From Dicyema japonicum (taxonomy: Eukaryota > Animalia > Dicyemida): a stretch of 64,000 nt of DNA. The stretch spans positions 1,236,657 to 1,300,656 of the forward strand of contig RDEW01000005.1 in assembly GCA_011109175.1 (NCBI GenBank), in the 5' to 3' direction. The translations under genes were made by a program, and so were the position numbers. Position 1 is the stretch's first letter, and each line of letters opens with the position of its first letter. The notes below the pieces were generated by a model, which saw nothing but the letters and a program-made list of their open reading frames with translations, was not told the origin of the DNA and did not search any database. Of the stretch, positions 50,548-60,736 are shown piece by piece.

Positions 50548-51979
50548 ATGCAGACCAAATCAGTACAGGTTCGACGCCATGCAACCAAATCTCTGGGAAA
50601 AAATGTCAAATCGTTTGCTGGAAAAATAGTCAAAGGAGCCGTTGACAAATTTGAAGAATTGGTACATTTTGAGAAATGCATGATGGAGAAAAAAAGATCT
50701 GAAATGGATGAGAGATATCAAAAGAGAGGCCGAATCATCACCCAATTCCCACCCAGCGCTCATACTGAGGAAATCGATGACAAAAATAAGATTAAATCTG
50801 TTCGGATCATTGATGAAGTAAAAAATGAGCAGAAAGGCTTTGACAATGTATTGTATGGCCTCGAAAGGCACGCTTGGAAAATTTACACTAAAAATCCAAA
50901 TACTATAAAACGTAAAGAAACGAAAAAGAGAGTTCTGAAGGCTGTTGATTCGAAGGTTCCCTTGGTTAGGAGTAGTCATAACAAATTAGGATTCAACACC
51001 ATCCTCAATATCTACAAAAATCACCCCTAAGGAAGTCTTCGAGTCTGAACAGATTTCACTGAGCCTACCAAAAACGATTTTTTCGATTCAAGGGTTTATT
51101 TCCAAAATAAGAATTTTTAGGATAGAAAATATATCGCCCCTAAAGAAGTCTTTCAGTCTGAACAGATTTCACTGAACCTACCAAAAACGATTTTTCAGAT
51201 TCGAGGGTTTATTTCCAAAATAAGAATTTTTAGGAAAGAAAATATATCGCCCCTAAAGAAGTCTTCCAGTCTGAACAGATTTCACTGAACCTACCAAAAA
51301 ATGATTTTATGAATTCAAGGGTTTATTTACAAAATAAGGATTTTTAGGAAAGAAAATATATCGCCCCTAAAGAAGTCTTCCAGTCTGAACAGATTTCACT
51401 GAACCTACCAAAAAACGATTTTTCCGATTCAAGGGTTTATTTACAAAATAAGAATTTTTTAGAAAAGAAAATTAAACAAGTTTCCCGTCTTCAAATCAGA
51501 GACAGTATATAGGACTCCCAGTAAAAAAACATTTAAGTTCCCAAGGGGATTGGAAATATAACTCATATACCCTTTGTAATGTTCAGTAAGTTTAATACTA
51601 ACGCCTAGTTCTTGTTGGTCTAATTACGTCGATTGTGGTTCCACTTCAAATGAGGTCGAAGAAAGAGATCAAGGAACCTTTGATTAAAGAGTCAGTTAAG
51701 ACTCCAAATGGCATAATAATTGACCTTATGGAGGAAGATGTGATCGAAGCGAAATATGTTAAATTGACGGAGAATAAATGGGAGGAATATTTTGCTGAGA
51801 AAACTGGCAACAAGTACTACTTGGGAGGCCATGTTGACGGAATTGGAATGTATGGACCAGCCACATACTTTGTGAAGCATCAAAATGGAGATTCCAATGA
51901 ATATTATCACTATGAGTACACACCAGAAGAAGTCGACGAATATTCCTCCAGTGGAATTATAAATATTAGAAAATTTTAG
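50548..51979 (+). CDS. Orphan multi-exon gene: basic N-terminus, four 29-aa exon-encoded repeats, predicted TM helix, WW-like C-terminus
   Basis: A 25-nt intron near 50963-50987 joins the 160-aa ORF to the repeat frame. GT-AG introns at 51094-51120, 51207-51233, 51321-51347 and 51435-51462. Intron gtaagtttaatactaacgcctag (51586-51608) joins the TM segment IPFVMFILVGLITSIVVPL to ORF 51635-51979. Confidence 0.6.
51024..51470 (+). repeat. 113-114-bp tandem repeat (~4 copies), each an 87-nt exon plus 27-nt intron
   Basis: Unit starts at 51024, 51137, 51250 and 51364. Confidence 0.95.
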
Positions 51980-52099
51980 TTAGTCAATTATTTAATTAAT
52001 CTTAAGTAATAAAATTTAAATTATTAATCTTAATTAATTAAATCTGGCGTACCCATAGGCATATTATATACTTAGGGTTCCGCTTGTGTCGTGATCTAC

Positions 52100-52690
52100 A
52101 CTATGCAAAGAAGGTTTACTCAAAAATCCTTCCGAAAACGAATCAGTCCTGCCCTCCTTCTATTCGGAGTCTTATTCGCGAGAGGAATACTCTGAAGGCG
52201 AAACACAGACGATGTGTGGACATGTGGGACAGGATAACTTTGAAAAAATAATATCGATGCTATCCAAAACTTCTCTGTGTTGAAGCTTCTACTGTTTCTT
52301 TTTTAGAAGGTTTCTTATTATATGTTGTATTCCAGCCAGTTTTAATTTCTTATTCGTTCCAATATTGGAAACTTCACTTTCTCCATTATGGGCATTTTCT
52401 CGTTTTAGAAATAATTTTCCATTCTTTCCTTTTTTGGTCAATTTTGTTTTTCTTCGCAATGTTAGCTTCAACAGCCTTGGGGCATCTTTCATAATTGGCA
52501 AAGTGGCTGGATGAACCACAATTCACACACGACTTATTATTGTTTGTAACCCGACACTGCGATCTTCTATGTGGCCCAGAACAAACAAGACATCTTTTAA
52601 CATATTTCCATTAGGCCTGCAGTATGTTTCTCAACCTCGTTTTATATTCCTTCGTCTTGTAGCACCAGTGGCACCACACTCGTCATGTAG
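52100..52690 (-). mobile_element. LINE ORF1/ORF2-start fragment (inverted copy of 44295-44725)
   Basis: Near-identical peptide 'KGKNGKLFLKRENAHNGESEVS.IGTNKKLKLAGI.HIIRNLLKKKQ'. Confidence 0.85.
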
Positions 52691-52899
52691 CGACCGTAAC
52701 AAAATGCGGTTTCTATTTATCAACTCCTAACTCTAATGATATTATAAATGATCAAAAATAATAATAACTGTTTTTATTAGAAAAAATTGAGAAATTTATA
52801 TTGTAAAATTATTCTAGCTTTGCTAAGTCTCTGCTATTTTCTTGAATCACACTTCCATCTTCTCCTTCTAAATCAATCATTCCTGTATCAGATATTCCT

Positions 52900-53300
52900 T
52901 TAACATGATATATGAATGTATCAATGTGTTCGTTTAAGCCACTTTTTTGTGTTTTTTTATTATTATCAAGATAGACCCTTCTAACAACGCGATCACCGAT
53001 GTTAAAGATAGAAATATCATTCTTCCACTTCTTTTAGTTAACATTTTTTCTTTTAGCAATGTTTGAATTTAAAATTGCTTTTGTTCTCAAAGTTTCATTT
53101 GATGACCAAAACCAAGATATTCAGTTGCTTCAGTTTGTGTTTCTTCATTCCATAAATCAATTTGGTTGTATATTTCATTCATTTCCTCTTCTGAGTAATG
53201 ATTATTTATGGTTTCATTTGTAGAAGCTCCGAACATCAATTTAAAAGGAGCGTGCAACGTTGTTGAATGCTGTAAAAAATTATAGGAACTTGTAATTTCT

Positions 53301-53331
<31 letters not shown>

Positions 53332-53950
53332 ATTGGTTATATTGTCATTATTTTATAAGGAAAAAGGAAAAAGAATAGTTAATTTTAATTCAGCTGTTGG
53401 GAGATGCACAAGCTATTCCCACGGACAACAGCCAACGAGAGCCTCTCCTTGAGCCATCTCGTCTCACGAAGAATTTCTTCAATTATGTTTATCCATTTGA
53501 AATTCAAATTCTTTGAAAAGCAGGTTGAAGAATCAAAAATTTCAATGTCTGATTCAGACGCTCGACTTGTCCCTGCACCCAAGGACACCTAGGACGTCCC
53601 CTGACGTGTTTTATACCAAATGTTGAGCATAACTCGAACATTTTTTCAGAAAGAAGTCTATCACGACCAGGATGTCCATTTTTGAGGTGAATATTTTCAA
53701 TAAATATCCTCTTCTGTTCATCTTCTTCCACAGCGAACACGTGCAATAAAATTCCACTTGTTTTGAAAAAAATAGTTGAGCCGGCAATGAGTCTTTTAGT
53801 CTGAATAATGACGCAATTCTTATGAAATTTCGTTTCTCCTTCAGCAAACTGTATGGTAAAATTTGATATCTCAGATAGGTTATTATTTCTTGCTTTTGTA
53901 GCAGAGTAAAGTAGACAACCTTCATAACAAAAAAAAAACAAGCGTGAGCA
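52900..53950 (-). mobile_element. Ginger/KRBA2-like integrase transposon remnant (internally deleted, interrupted by CRE)
   Basis: 'HLKNGHPGRDRL', 'FGIKHVRGRPRCPWVQGQVERLNQTLK', and after the insertion 'SYNFLQHSTTLHAPFKLMFG'. Confidence 0.8.
53307..53471 (-). mobile_element. 5'-truncated CRE copy with poly(A) and 13-bp TSD
   Basis: Nearly identical to 28310-28438; ~27-nt poly(T) on the + strand; TSD aatttcttcaatt at 53294-53306 and 53472-53484. Confidence 0.92.
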
Positions 53951-54039
53951 AAAATCTATTACTATTCTATCTGATGTTATTATTATTATTATTATAAGCA
54001 ACTACATAGAATCATATAAACTATAATTCTATTCGTGCC

Positions 54040-54930
54040 GCGTCCGAACAATCCTCTTAATTAGCCTTTCCCATCCCCTCCTGTCCGATGCAAGTTCCGC
54101 AGACTACTAAGGTCTTCACCGTCCTTTAGTTGTCTGGTTACTGATCTCAGGTCACCATTAAGGACTTCCGGAAGAGTTATTCTTGGACGACTCTGAACTT
54201 CTCCCCTGACGTATCGAAGTATTCTTCCATGACGACGTTTGCTGGCGTGTCTTGTTCCAATCTGAGAATATGGCCAACAATCTCCAGCGAGCCTTCATGA
54301 TCATGGTGCTCAGAGGTCCTGAACCGCATCTTCTATATAAATTTTTCACTCCCTACACGCATTGGCCACTTTAGTCCCAAGAGAGACCGAAGTTGCCCTT
54401 CTGTGAAAGGAGTCAAGGTTTTGTTCGTCCGTTTTCGAAATTCCCACGTCCCAGAGTTGTATGTTAGTATGGGCCTCACGAACGCCTCATACAACTGAGT
54501 CAGAGTGATGGCCCGCCGAGCATTTTCTTATCCAACATTTCATAAGTTTTTGCATAGTAACCGTAGATAACAATTTTCTTCTTGCAATGTCTTCGGAGTC
54601 TCCGAGAAGAGAGCCAAGCTTTACGGTCTTCCTCCAACCTTCACTATTGCGTAGTTCCATCCGCTTAATTTCAACAATATCCGTTTTCTGAACATTCAGT
54701 GATAGACACCATTTGGCAAACAGCCTGATGCAACCTCCAAGAGACGTAAGAGTGCTTCTTTGTCAGTCGAGATAAAGTCAACATCATCGGCATACACGAT
54801 CTCCATAATATCATTGTTGTAATACTTCCGGATGTCTTGCAGAGCCGATTCAAGGTATATAGCAAACAATACTGGGGAAAGGGAATCTCCTTGGGGTGTG
54901 CCCACTGTTGAAATAATTTCCCGTGACAAT
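54040..54930 (-). mobile_element. RTE-like LINE RT and 3' fragment
   Basis: 'GTPQGDSLSPVLFAIYL', 'VYADDVDFI'; the C-terminus resembles RTE. Confidence 0.8.
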
Positions 54931-55135
54931 CTGATGTTAGCCGTTAAAAAATGAAAATTTGTGAGAAATTTAAATTATTAAATTACTAATCATTATAAAG
55001 ATAAGAATTAATTAATTCATTGATTTATTTTTCATTAAAAAAAATTATTGATTTCTAACGGCTTTAACGCCACGTATAACGCCTTTAACGGCTCGTATTC
55101 AACCTGGGCTCGTATTCAACCGGTCACATATATTG

Positions 55136-55730
55136 TTTAAAAGAGGAGTGCCGCAGGGGTCTATTCTAAGCCCTCTATTATTCAACATATTTATGGAAGA
55201 CTTTTCTTCTCCACAAGACGAAGCTGATGATATATGCGGATGACATCTTAATCCTAGACTCATCTCGACAGAGTTCAGGTTTGTGCGATAGGAGAGGGAT
55301 GAAACTATCCACAGAAAAATCCAGTTACTTGCGAATATACAGGCTGGGTCGTCACCAGAGAGAGTTCTATACGCTACGGATACCTACAGTCTCTAGCCTG
55401 AAATACCTGGGGATTGCAGTGGATGGAAGAGTATCGTATCGGAAGGACATCGAGGAGCGGAGGAAGAAGGCCGTTTAAGCGATGTTCTGCTCCAGAAAAC
55501 TAATGTTGGATGCCGATACAATGCTCTATATCTTCCGAATTGTGTGTCTCCCAAGACTGATATACTGATGCGAGGGATGGTTTTATACTCCTTCGAGAGA
55601 AAGGATTCTCGCTCGCCTAGAGAAAACAAGGCGAGCGGCGATAAAAATATCTCTGGTGAGGAAATTACATGAAAGCCTCTCCGAGGAAGAGAATAGCCTT
55701 GTCAGGCCGCTAAAAATATATATTTAAGTA
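55136..55730 (+). mobile_element. LINE RT fragment
   Basis: 'GVPQGSILSPLLFNIFM', 'IYADDILIL', 'LKYLGI'. Confidence 0.8.
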
Positions 55731-56239
55731 AGGTTGGGCAACCAGCTTTATAATACGTACTAAATGGACGGCTACAATGGAGATGGGATACGTGTGAAGT
55801 GTCCAGGCCGCAAAGGCGAACACGATTAAAATCCATTTAATTAACTCCTTACTTTAGAATAAATTTGCTTTGATTTGTGATCTACACTATCTGTTATACC
55901 AGTAACCTTCCTTCTGGGCACGTCATCGTAGTTCATTGAGGTTGTATAGTTATTAGTCTATGCATAAGGTTTCCTGTTTGGTGTTCGAAGTGAGTTCTCT
56001 GATGTTGAAAGTGAGAATTGTAAACGGAATAGAACAGACAGACTGAGAGTAGGATAAAGACATAGAAATTATTATAGGGGTGTCACCACTCAACCACATA
56101 TCCTTTAAGATTAAAAAATAAGTTCTTCCTTAATAAGCCATTTTTCAGCTTCAAATTAGTTATTTATTATTTAGTACTAAAATCAATTTAATTTTAAATT
56201 TTTAATTAATTATTTTTTAAAGACAATTATTTAACAATG

Positions 56240-56720
56240 AAACAAATGTTAGTTGAGGAAGCTGGTTGCGTGATCGCGAACGAGTTCCCTCGGAGTGAGG
56301 CCATTCCAATCTTTTGTCTTAGCCATAACCCTTCTCGTTGATCCCTTTTCTTTCTGGCAAGCATTCCTCCGGTTCGCGCAAGAACTCAGCCGTCATTGGA
56401 CAACGGCTTCCGATGACTTGACCGCAACAAGATTAAATCGGTAACGGCCCCGAGGCAAGAATATTTCTTGATTTTTAGGTTTTTCGCGGTCGAAGCAGCT
56501 GCTCCAGGTGTCTGAACCGATTTGAAAAGATTCGTGCTTGAAAGTGTGTCAACACAAGTTGCGTCCAAGACCAAAGATCTTCCGGATGTGTAGGGGAAAA
56601 GGGTCATCACGTCAGGTCTCTTTCCATCTCCTCGATCGAGACCACTGGTTCAAGCTGTGACGGGAAGCCTGTAGCCTTCAGAGCTCTGACGATCACATCG
56701 TTCAGAGCATTAATTATTTA
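56240..56720 (-). mobile_element. CRE RLE fragment
   Basis: 'TLFPYTSGRSLVLDATCVDT...KIKKYSCLG' and a terminal LRGNS. Confidence 0.75.
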
Positions 56721-56879
56721 GCATTTTGTTGGGAGGTTTCTCGTCTATAAAGAATAACTATATACTTTTTTGCGATCTACAACTGTTTTCTATTTTTCAG
56801 CAACGTCGAATAAAAGTCGTCCAGTTCAGTTGATCTTTTCACCCTTTCCAACATATGCCGCATACACATTTATACTTTT

Positions 56880-57330
56880 GGAAGGACACTCCCTGTTAAG
56901 TGGTTTGAATGGATAACGAGAGGGTATCTTTCTTTGAGAGGGTATCTACCGATTTGACAGAGATATTTTCACAGCCGAATGAGTTGTGTTCTATAGCGAA
57001 AATAGATATAACAGAAATGGTTGTCAAGAACGGGTCACCAAATAGTTTGTTGATAGGAGGTCGGAAGATAGTGCTGGTGAAATCTAACTCACTACTAGCA
57101 GCAGATCTCAATGCTAAGAATGTTTGTTATGGATGAAATAAGACAAACTTTAACAGATAGCGTTTAAAGCTTTGGCTAAATCACGTGGCTTTGAGGTTCT
57201 AACGTCGGAAGACCCAAACGATTTCTCTCCTTGTGTCTCATGTCGAATAGAATCATTACATGACTTTCTTTCGAATAATCTGGTTCACAGAGTCCTCAAC
57301 GCCAGTTGATATTTCAAGCAGAGATTCCAG
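56880..57330 (+). mobile_element. LINE APE fragment
   Basis: 'LLAADLNAKN' motif in a decayed frame. Confidence 0.5.
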
Positions 57331-57480
57331 ATCACATGCAAACATATCTAAGCCTCTATGGGAGGGGATATTTTCAAATAAAGACAGTAATTTTGTTTCG
57401 TATATTGTCAAAAATCTAATACGCTAGAGGATTAGCTTAGGGACGAATATAGACTCTATTAACAGGATAGATAGGGAGAA

Positions 57481-57744
57481 GTGGCTTAGGTCACGGGTTC
57501 GATTCTTGATGATGTTCACCTGGTGGAAGGTTCCACGCATCACGATGCTAAAAGGGCATGATGAGTGACGCCGTCATCAGGGACATACATCCGAGAAAAA
57601 GAAAACAAAAAGTGAAAGCATTCCTTGGTTCTCCCTATACGATTAGCTATAATAACTGTTCTTTACTTAAATAAAGTGTGTGTTCTGCATGAGCGAACCA
57701 TAGGCATTTTACGTGCTTATGGCAACGCGGAAGTGCTTACTTTT
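57481..57744 (+). mobile_element. Chimeric SINE (copy C, 5'-truncated) with ~13-bp TSD
   Basis: TSD tagataggga(g/a)aa at 57468-57480 and 57745-57757; core plus MITE arm; T-run end. Confidence 0.8.
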
Positions 57745-57810
57745 TAGATAGGGAAAATATATCTGAGAGGATTATTATGATTAAGAAGACGTCTGTTCTC
57801 TTGCGCCATT

Positions 57811-57965
57811 GACTGGAATTCCTGAGTCGTCTAGGGAATCGGTTTTCTATAAGAACAGGAGATCTCCATGAGCGCTGGTGGTTATTTGAGCAAATCTCGT
57901 TCTCAATCCTGAGAGCAAATTTCGCCCTTATTTGAGCAAATTTCGCCTCACGCAGTCAGGCGGCA
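57811..57965 (+). mobile_element. CRE 3' fragment
   Basis: 'LEFLSRLGNRFSIRTGDLHERWWLFEQISFSILRANF'. Confidence 0.75.
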
Positions 57966-59229
57966 AGATGTGTATTCATTGAATATGATCCTGACGACAA
58001 GAAAGAAGATTCGCGTGGTCTGACCGGATCCTATGAAAAAGGGCTAACGATAATGGACGGGCTGTCACTTTATTTGAAGTAGAATCGGCTATCAGATAAT
58101 GCAAAGTTAACGCCTCGGCCACGACAATAACATGTTTTTTCAAAAAGGGACAGATATTTTGTTTAGTGTTCTACAAAAACTATATGATGAAAGCCTCAGA
58201 CTTGGACATATTCCTTATACATGGAAGAAGTGTTTGTCACGATAGTTACAAAACCAGAAAAAGCGGAATAAATCCACTGAGCTACGACCTATTAATCTAT
58301 TGTGTTCAAAAAAATATGTAAACACGTGGAAGGTAGAAATTTCTTGTTGCCGTAACAATGGGGTTTTCAACGGGAAAAATCCTGTGCGAACTGTTTCTCC
58401 TTATTAAATTCAGATTTCGTGATAACGAAGACAATTTCAAAAAGACTCTATGTTGAGATAAATTATTTTTTACATATTTATGGCGAGTTTCCCACAGCCA
58501 AGTTTCAATACTGGAAATTTGATTTATGCGGAATATGTTGTTATTATGGAAAAATGCCCACCAAGTCATTTTTTAGAAAGAAGATTAAACGAGAATGTTG
58601 GTGTTGCTAAAATTGGTGGTGCAATGAGAGTGTTAAAGATCTCTGCCGAGAAATCCAACACGCTGCGAATTAGTCGTCATAAGGAAACATCTAAAGCAGA
58701 TGTACACTTTACCAGTCAAAAATGTGCATCTACCACGTTATTTTGGTGTTGAACTTGACCGGCGGAGGGGTATATATGGAAGACATCAGAACGAGAAGGG
58801 GGAAAACCCTTTTTATGTACTCGCATCTACATGTTGATATGGATACTTTTCTCTTGATCTTCCGTTGGATAATACTCCCCAATTTACTCTATGGATGCGG
58901 GGGTCATACTTTTCCTCAAAGAAGGATATAATGACATCATTATTAACGGAAACAAAGAGAGCGACGATAAAGATGGCTGTAGGAAAGAGGTTATGCGATG
59001 AGATAGTCGAGGAGCAGGAAAACCGCTTAAACCTGTTAAATGTGTGGTTGAGGAGAGGGTCAATGAGAAACAAGGTCCAAAACTAAAGAGAGAGAGGCCT
59101 GGCGAAATGTTTCAGACCACGAGGCAATGCTAAGATGTTATTGCCATCTGATAAATTCCTAAATTCACTTTTTAATACAGTTGATGTTGATTTAACATTA
59201 CTTACCCAATTTTTTTGAGATACGCACGT

Positions 59230-59440
59230 GCAGAGTATTCCCGATGATGTCAAATTTGTTCCCTTGCTATGGAGACTTCCGGATCCTACTCCCCCTCTAC
59301 ACTCGAGTTTTTCGGACGTCTTGGAAACCGGATCACCTCATGCACTGGAGATCTCCGTGAACGCCGCTGGCTATTTGAGCGAATTTCGCTCGCAATTTTG
59401 AGAGGGAACAGCCACGCGGTGAGGGCGGCAACTACCTGAT
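59230..59440 (+). mobile_element. CRE 3' fragment
   Basis: 'LEFFGRLGNRITSCTGDLRERRWLFERISLAILRGNSHAV'. Confidence 0.75.
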
Positions 59441-60129
59441 TTTTTATAATTTAAGTAAAATTTGGTTCGCCAATAAAAAATATTAAAGTCTTTGGAGTAT
59501 GACTGTCGGGAAAAAAAGGACACCAAAGAAAGTCTGATTGATTTGGATATTGTTGAAAATGCGATTTTTGGAGAGGCCTCTGGGATGATAATAGTAGTGA
59601 TGAAAAAAGACTGCAGCGAACAATTTCTGGAACATTTGGACGATCAAAAAGTTATAAACAATGCGGAATGGGCATTCACAATGCTGATAAATGTTATTAA
59701 GCAAGAGATTCCAGGAAAATGACCTTGATCTATACAGATTCAAAGCAAATATTATGAGTTCGATGCGAAAAAAACAAAACACTTGATTAAAATTAACAAA
59801 TTTTTTCATTAAAAAATAAAAATTGTAATCATCCATCTTGGTTATATTATTAAGGTAGGATATCGAACAGTGGAGACCCAAATTTAAGGAAAACCCTCTT
59901 TTGGGAGGAAAACCTCAAAATTGGGGAAATATTTCCCCAATTCGGGGTCGCAGTGTATTATAAAGATATAATTACTGCGCTCCCTTCTATTTTTTCTTAG
60001 CGTACTTTATGTGTTTATCTATTTTACTCAACACGAAAAGTCTTTCTCAGATGCCCGAACAGCATAGGAAGAGTTGGGTTATTGCTTCCCAACAGAAAAA
60101 TTTTCTCAGAAGTCTTTGAGCGTGGCTTG

Positions 60130-60580
60130 CTTTCGGCATGCATGTAAGATAGTGGTTGTTAGCTGAATGCATACCCAATCTGGCGTCTGGACTTTGCTCG
60201 ACAACAATAACCCTCGCATTGACATCTCATATCGTCTTGCTCTGGATGTTTGTAAGACTCGTCGATATCGATGTGAGAAGATGTATGATCGTAAAGGAAT
60301 TCACCCTCTCTTGAACGACCATAAAAGATATTATTAAACGTGGTTTGAAACTCCTAGGTTCCCTTCCACCATCGAACCTGTTGGACTTGATTGAGGAGAT
60401 GAGAGAACACCAAATGGGATGATAATCTTCCCATTTACCGAAGGACGCTCTCTCCTATGGGACGCAACCTGTGTTGATACCTTTTCCTCGACGCACTCAG
60501 GCTGTCCAGCCGTTGACTCTGCCGAACGGAGGAAGCTGAATAAATATTCTGGGCTTGGGAACCGTTCCCGTTTCGTCCCA
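60130..60580 (+). mobile_element. CRE zinc-knuckle/RLE fragment
   Basis: 'IFPFTEGRSLLWDATCVDT...ERRKLNKYSGLG..FVPIAF'. Confidence 0.75.
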
Positions 60581-60736
60581 ATTGCATTTCGAATCTACCA
60601 CCTCTCACAAAAATGCTTCGGTGGTAGTATTAGTAAATTTTCAATCAAAAAAGTCAAGTTTAATACAACAACTACAAATAGTCAAGCATCTACCGTAGAA
60701 ACAGACAAGTTGAACCCTTCACTTCATTCTCCAATT

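Noticed and set aside
50548-51979. Endogenous virus or plasmid: two intronless ORFs around an iteron-like array
   Set aside because: The array resolves into exon plus GT-AG mini-intron units and further introns link the ORFs, so it is better explained as a host gene.
54936-55125. Short inverted repeat (agccgttaa/taacggct) with duplicated ggctcgtattcaacc
   Set aside because: Too short and single-copy in the window to support a MITE call.
58400-59100. Orphan ORFs 58480-59086
   Set aside because: The frames are fragmented, lie between LINE RT remnants and show no mini-intron structure; probably decayed retroelement sequence that I cannot assign.
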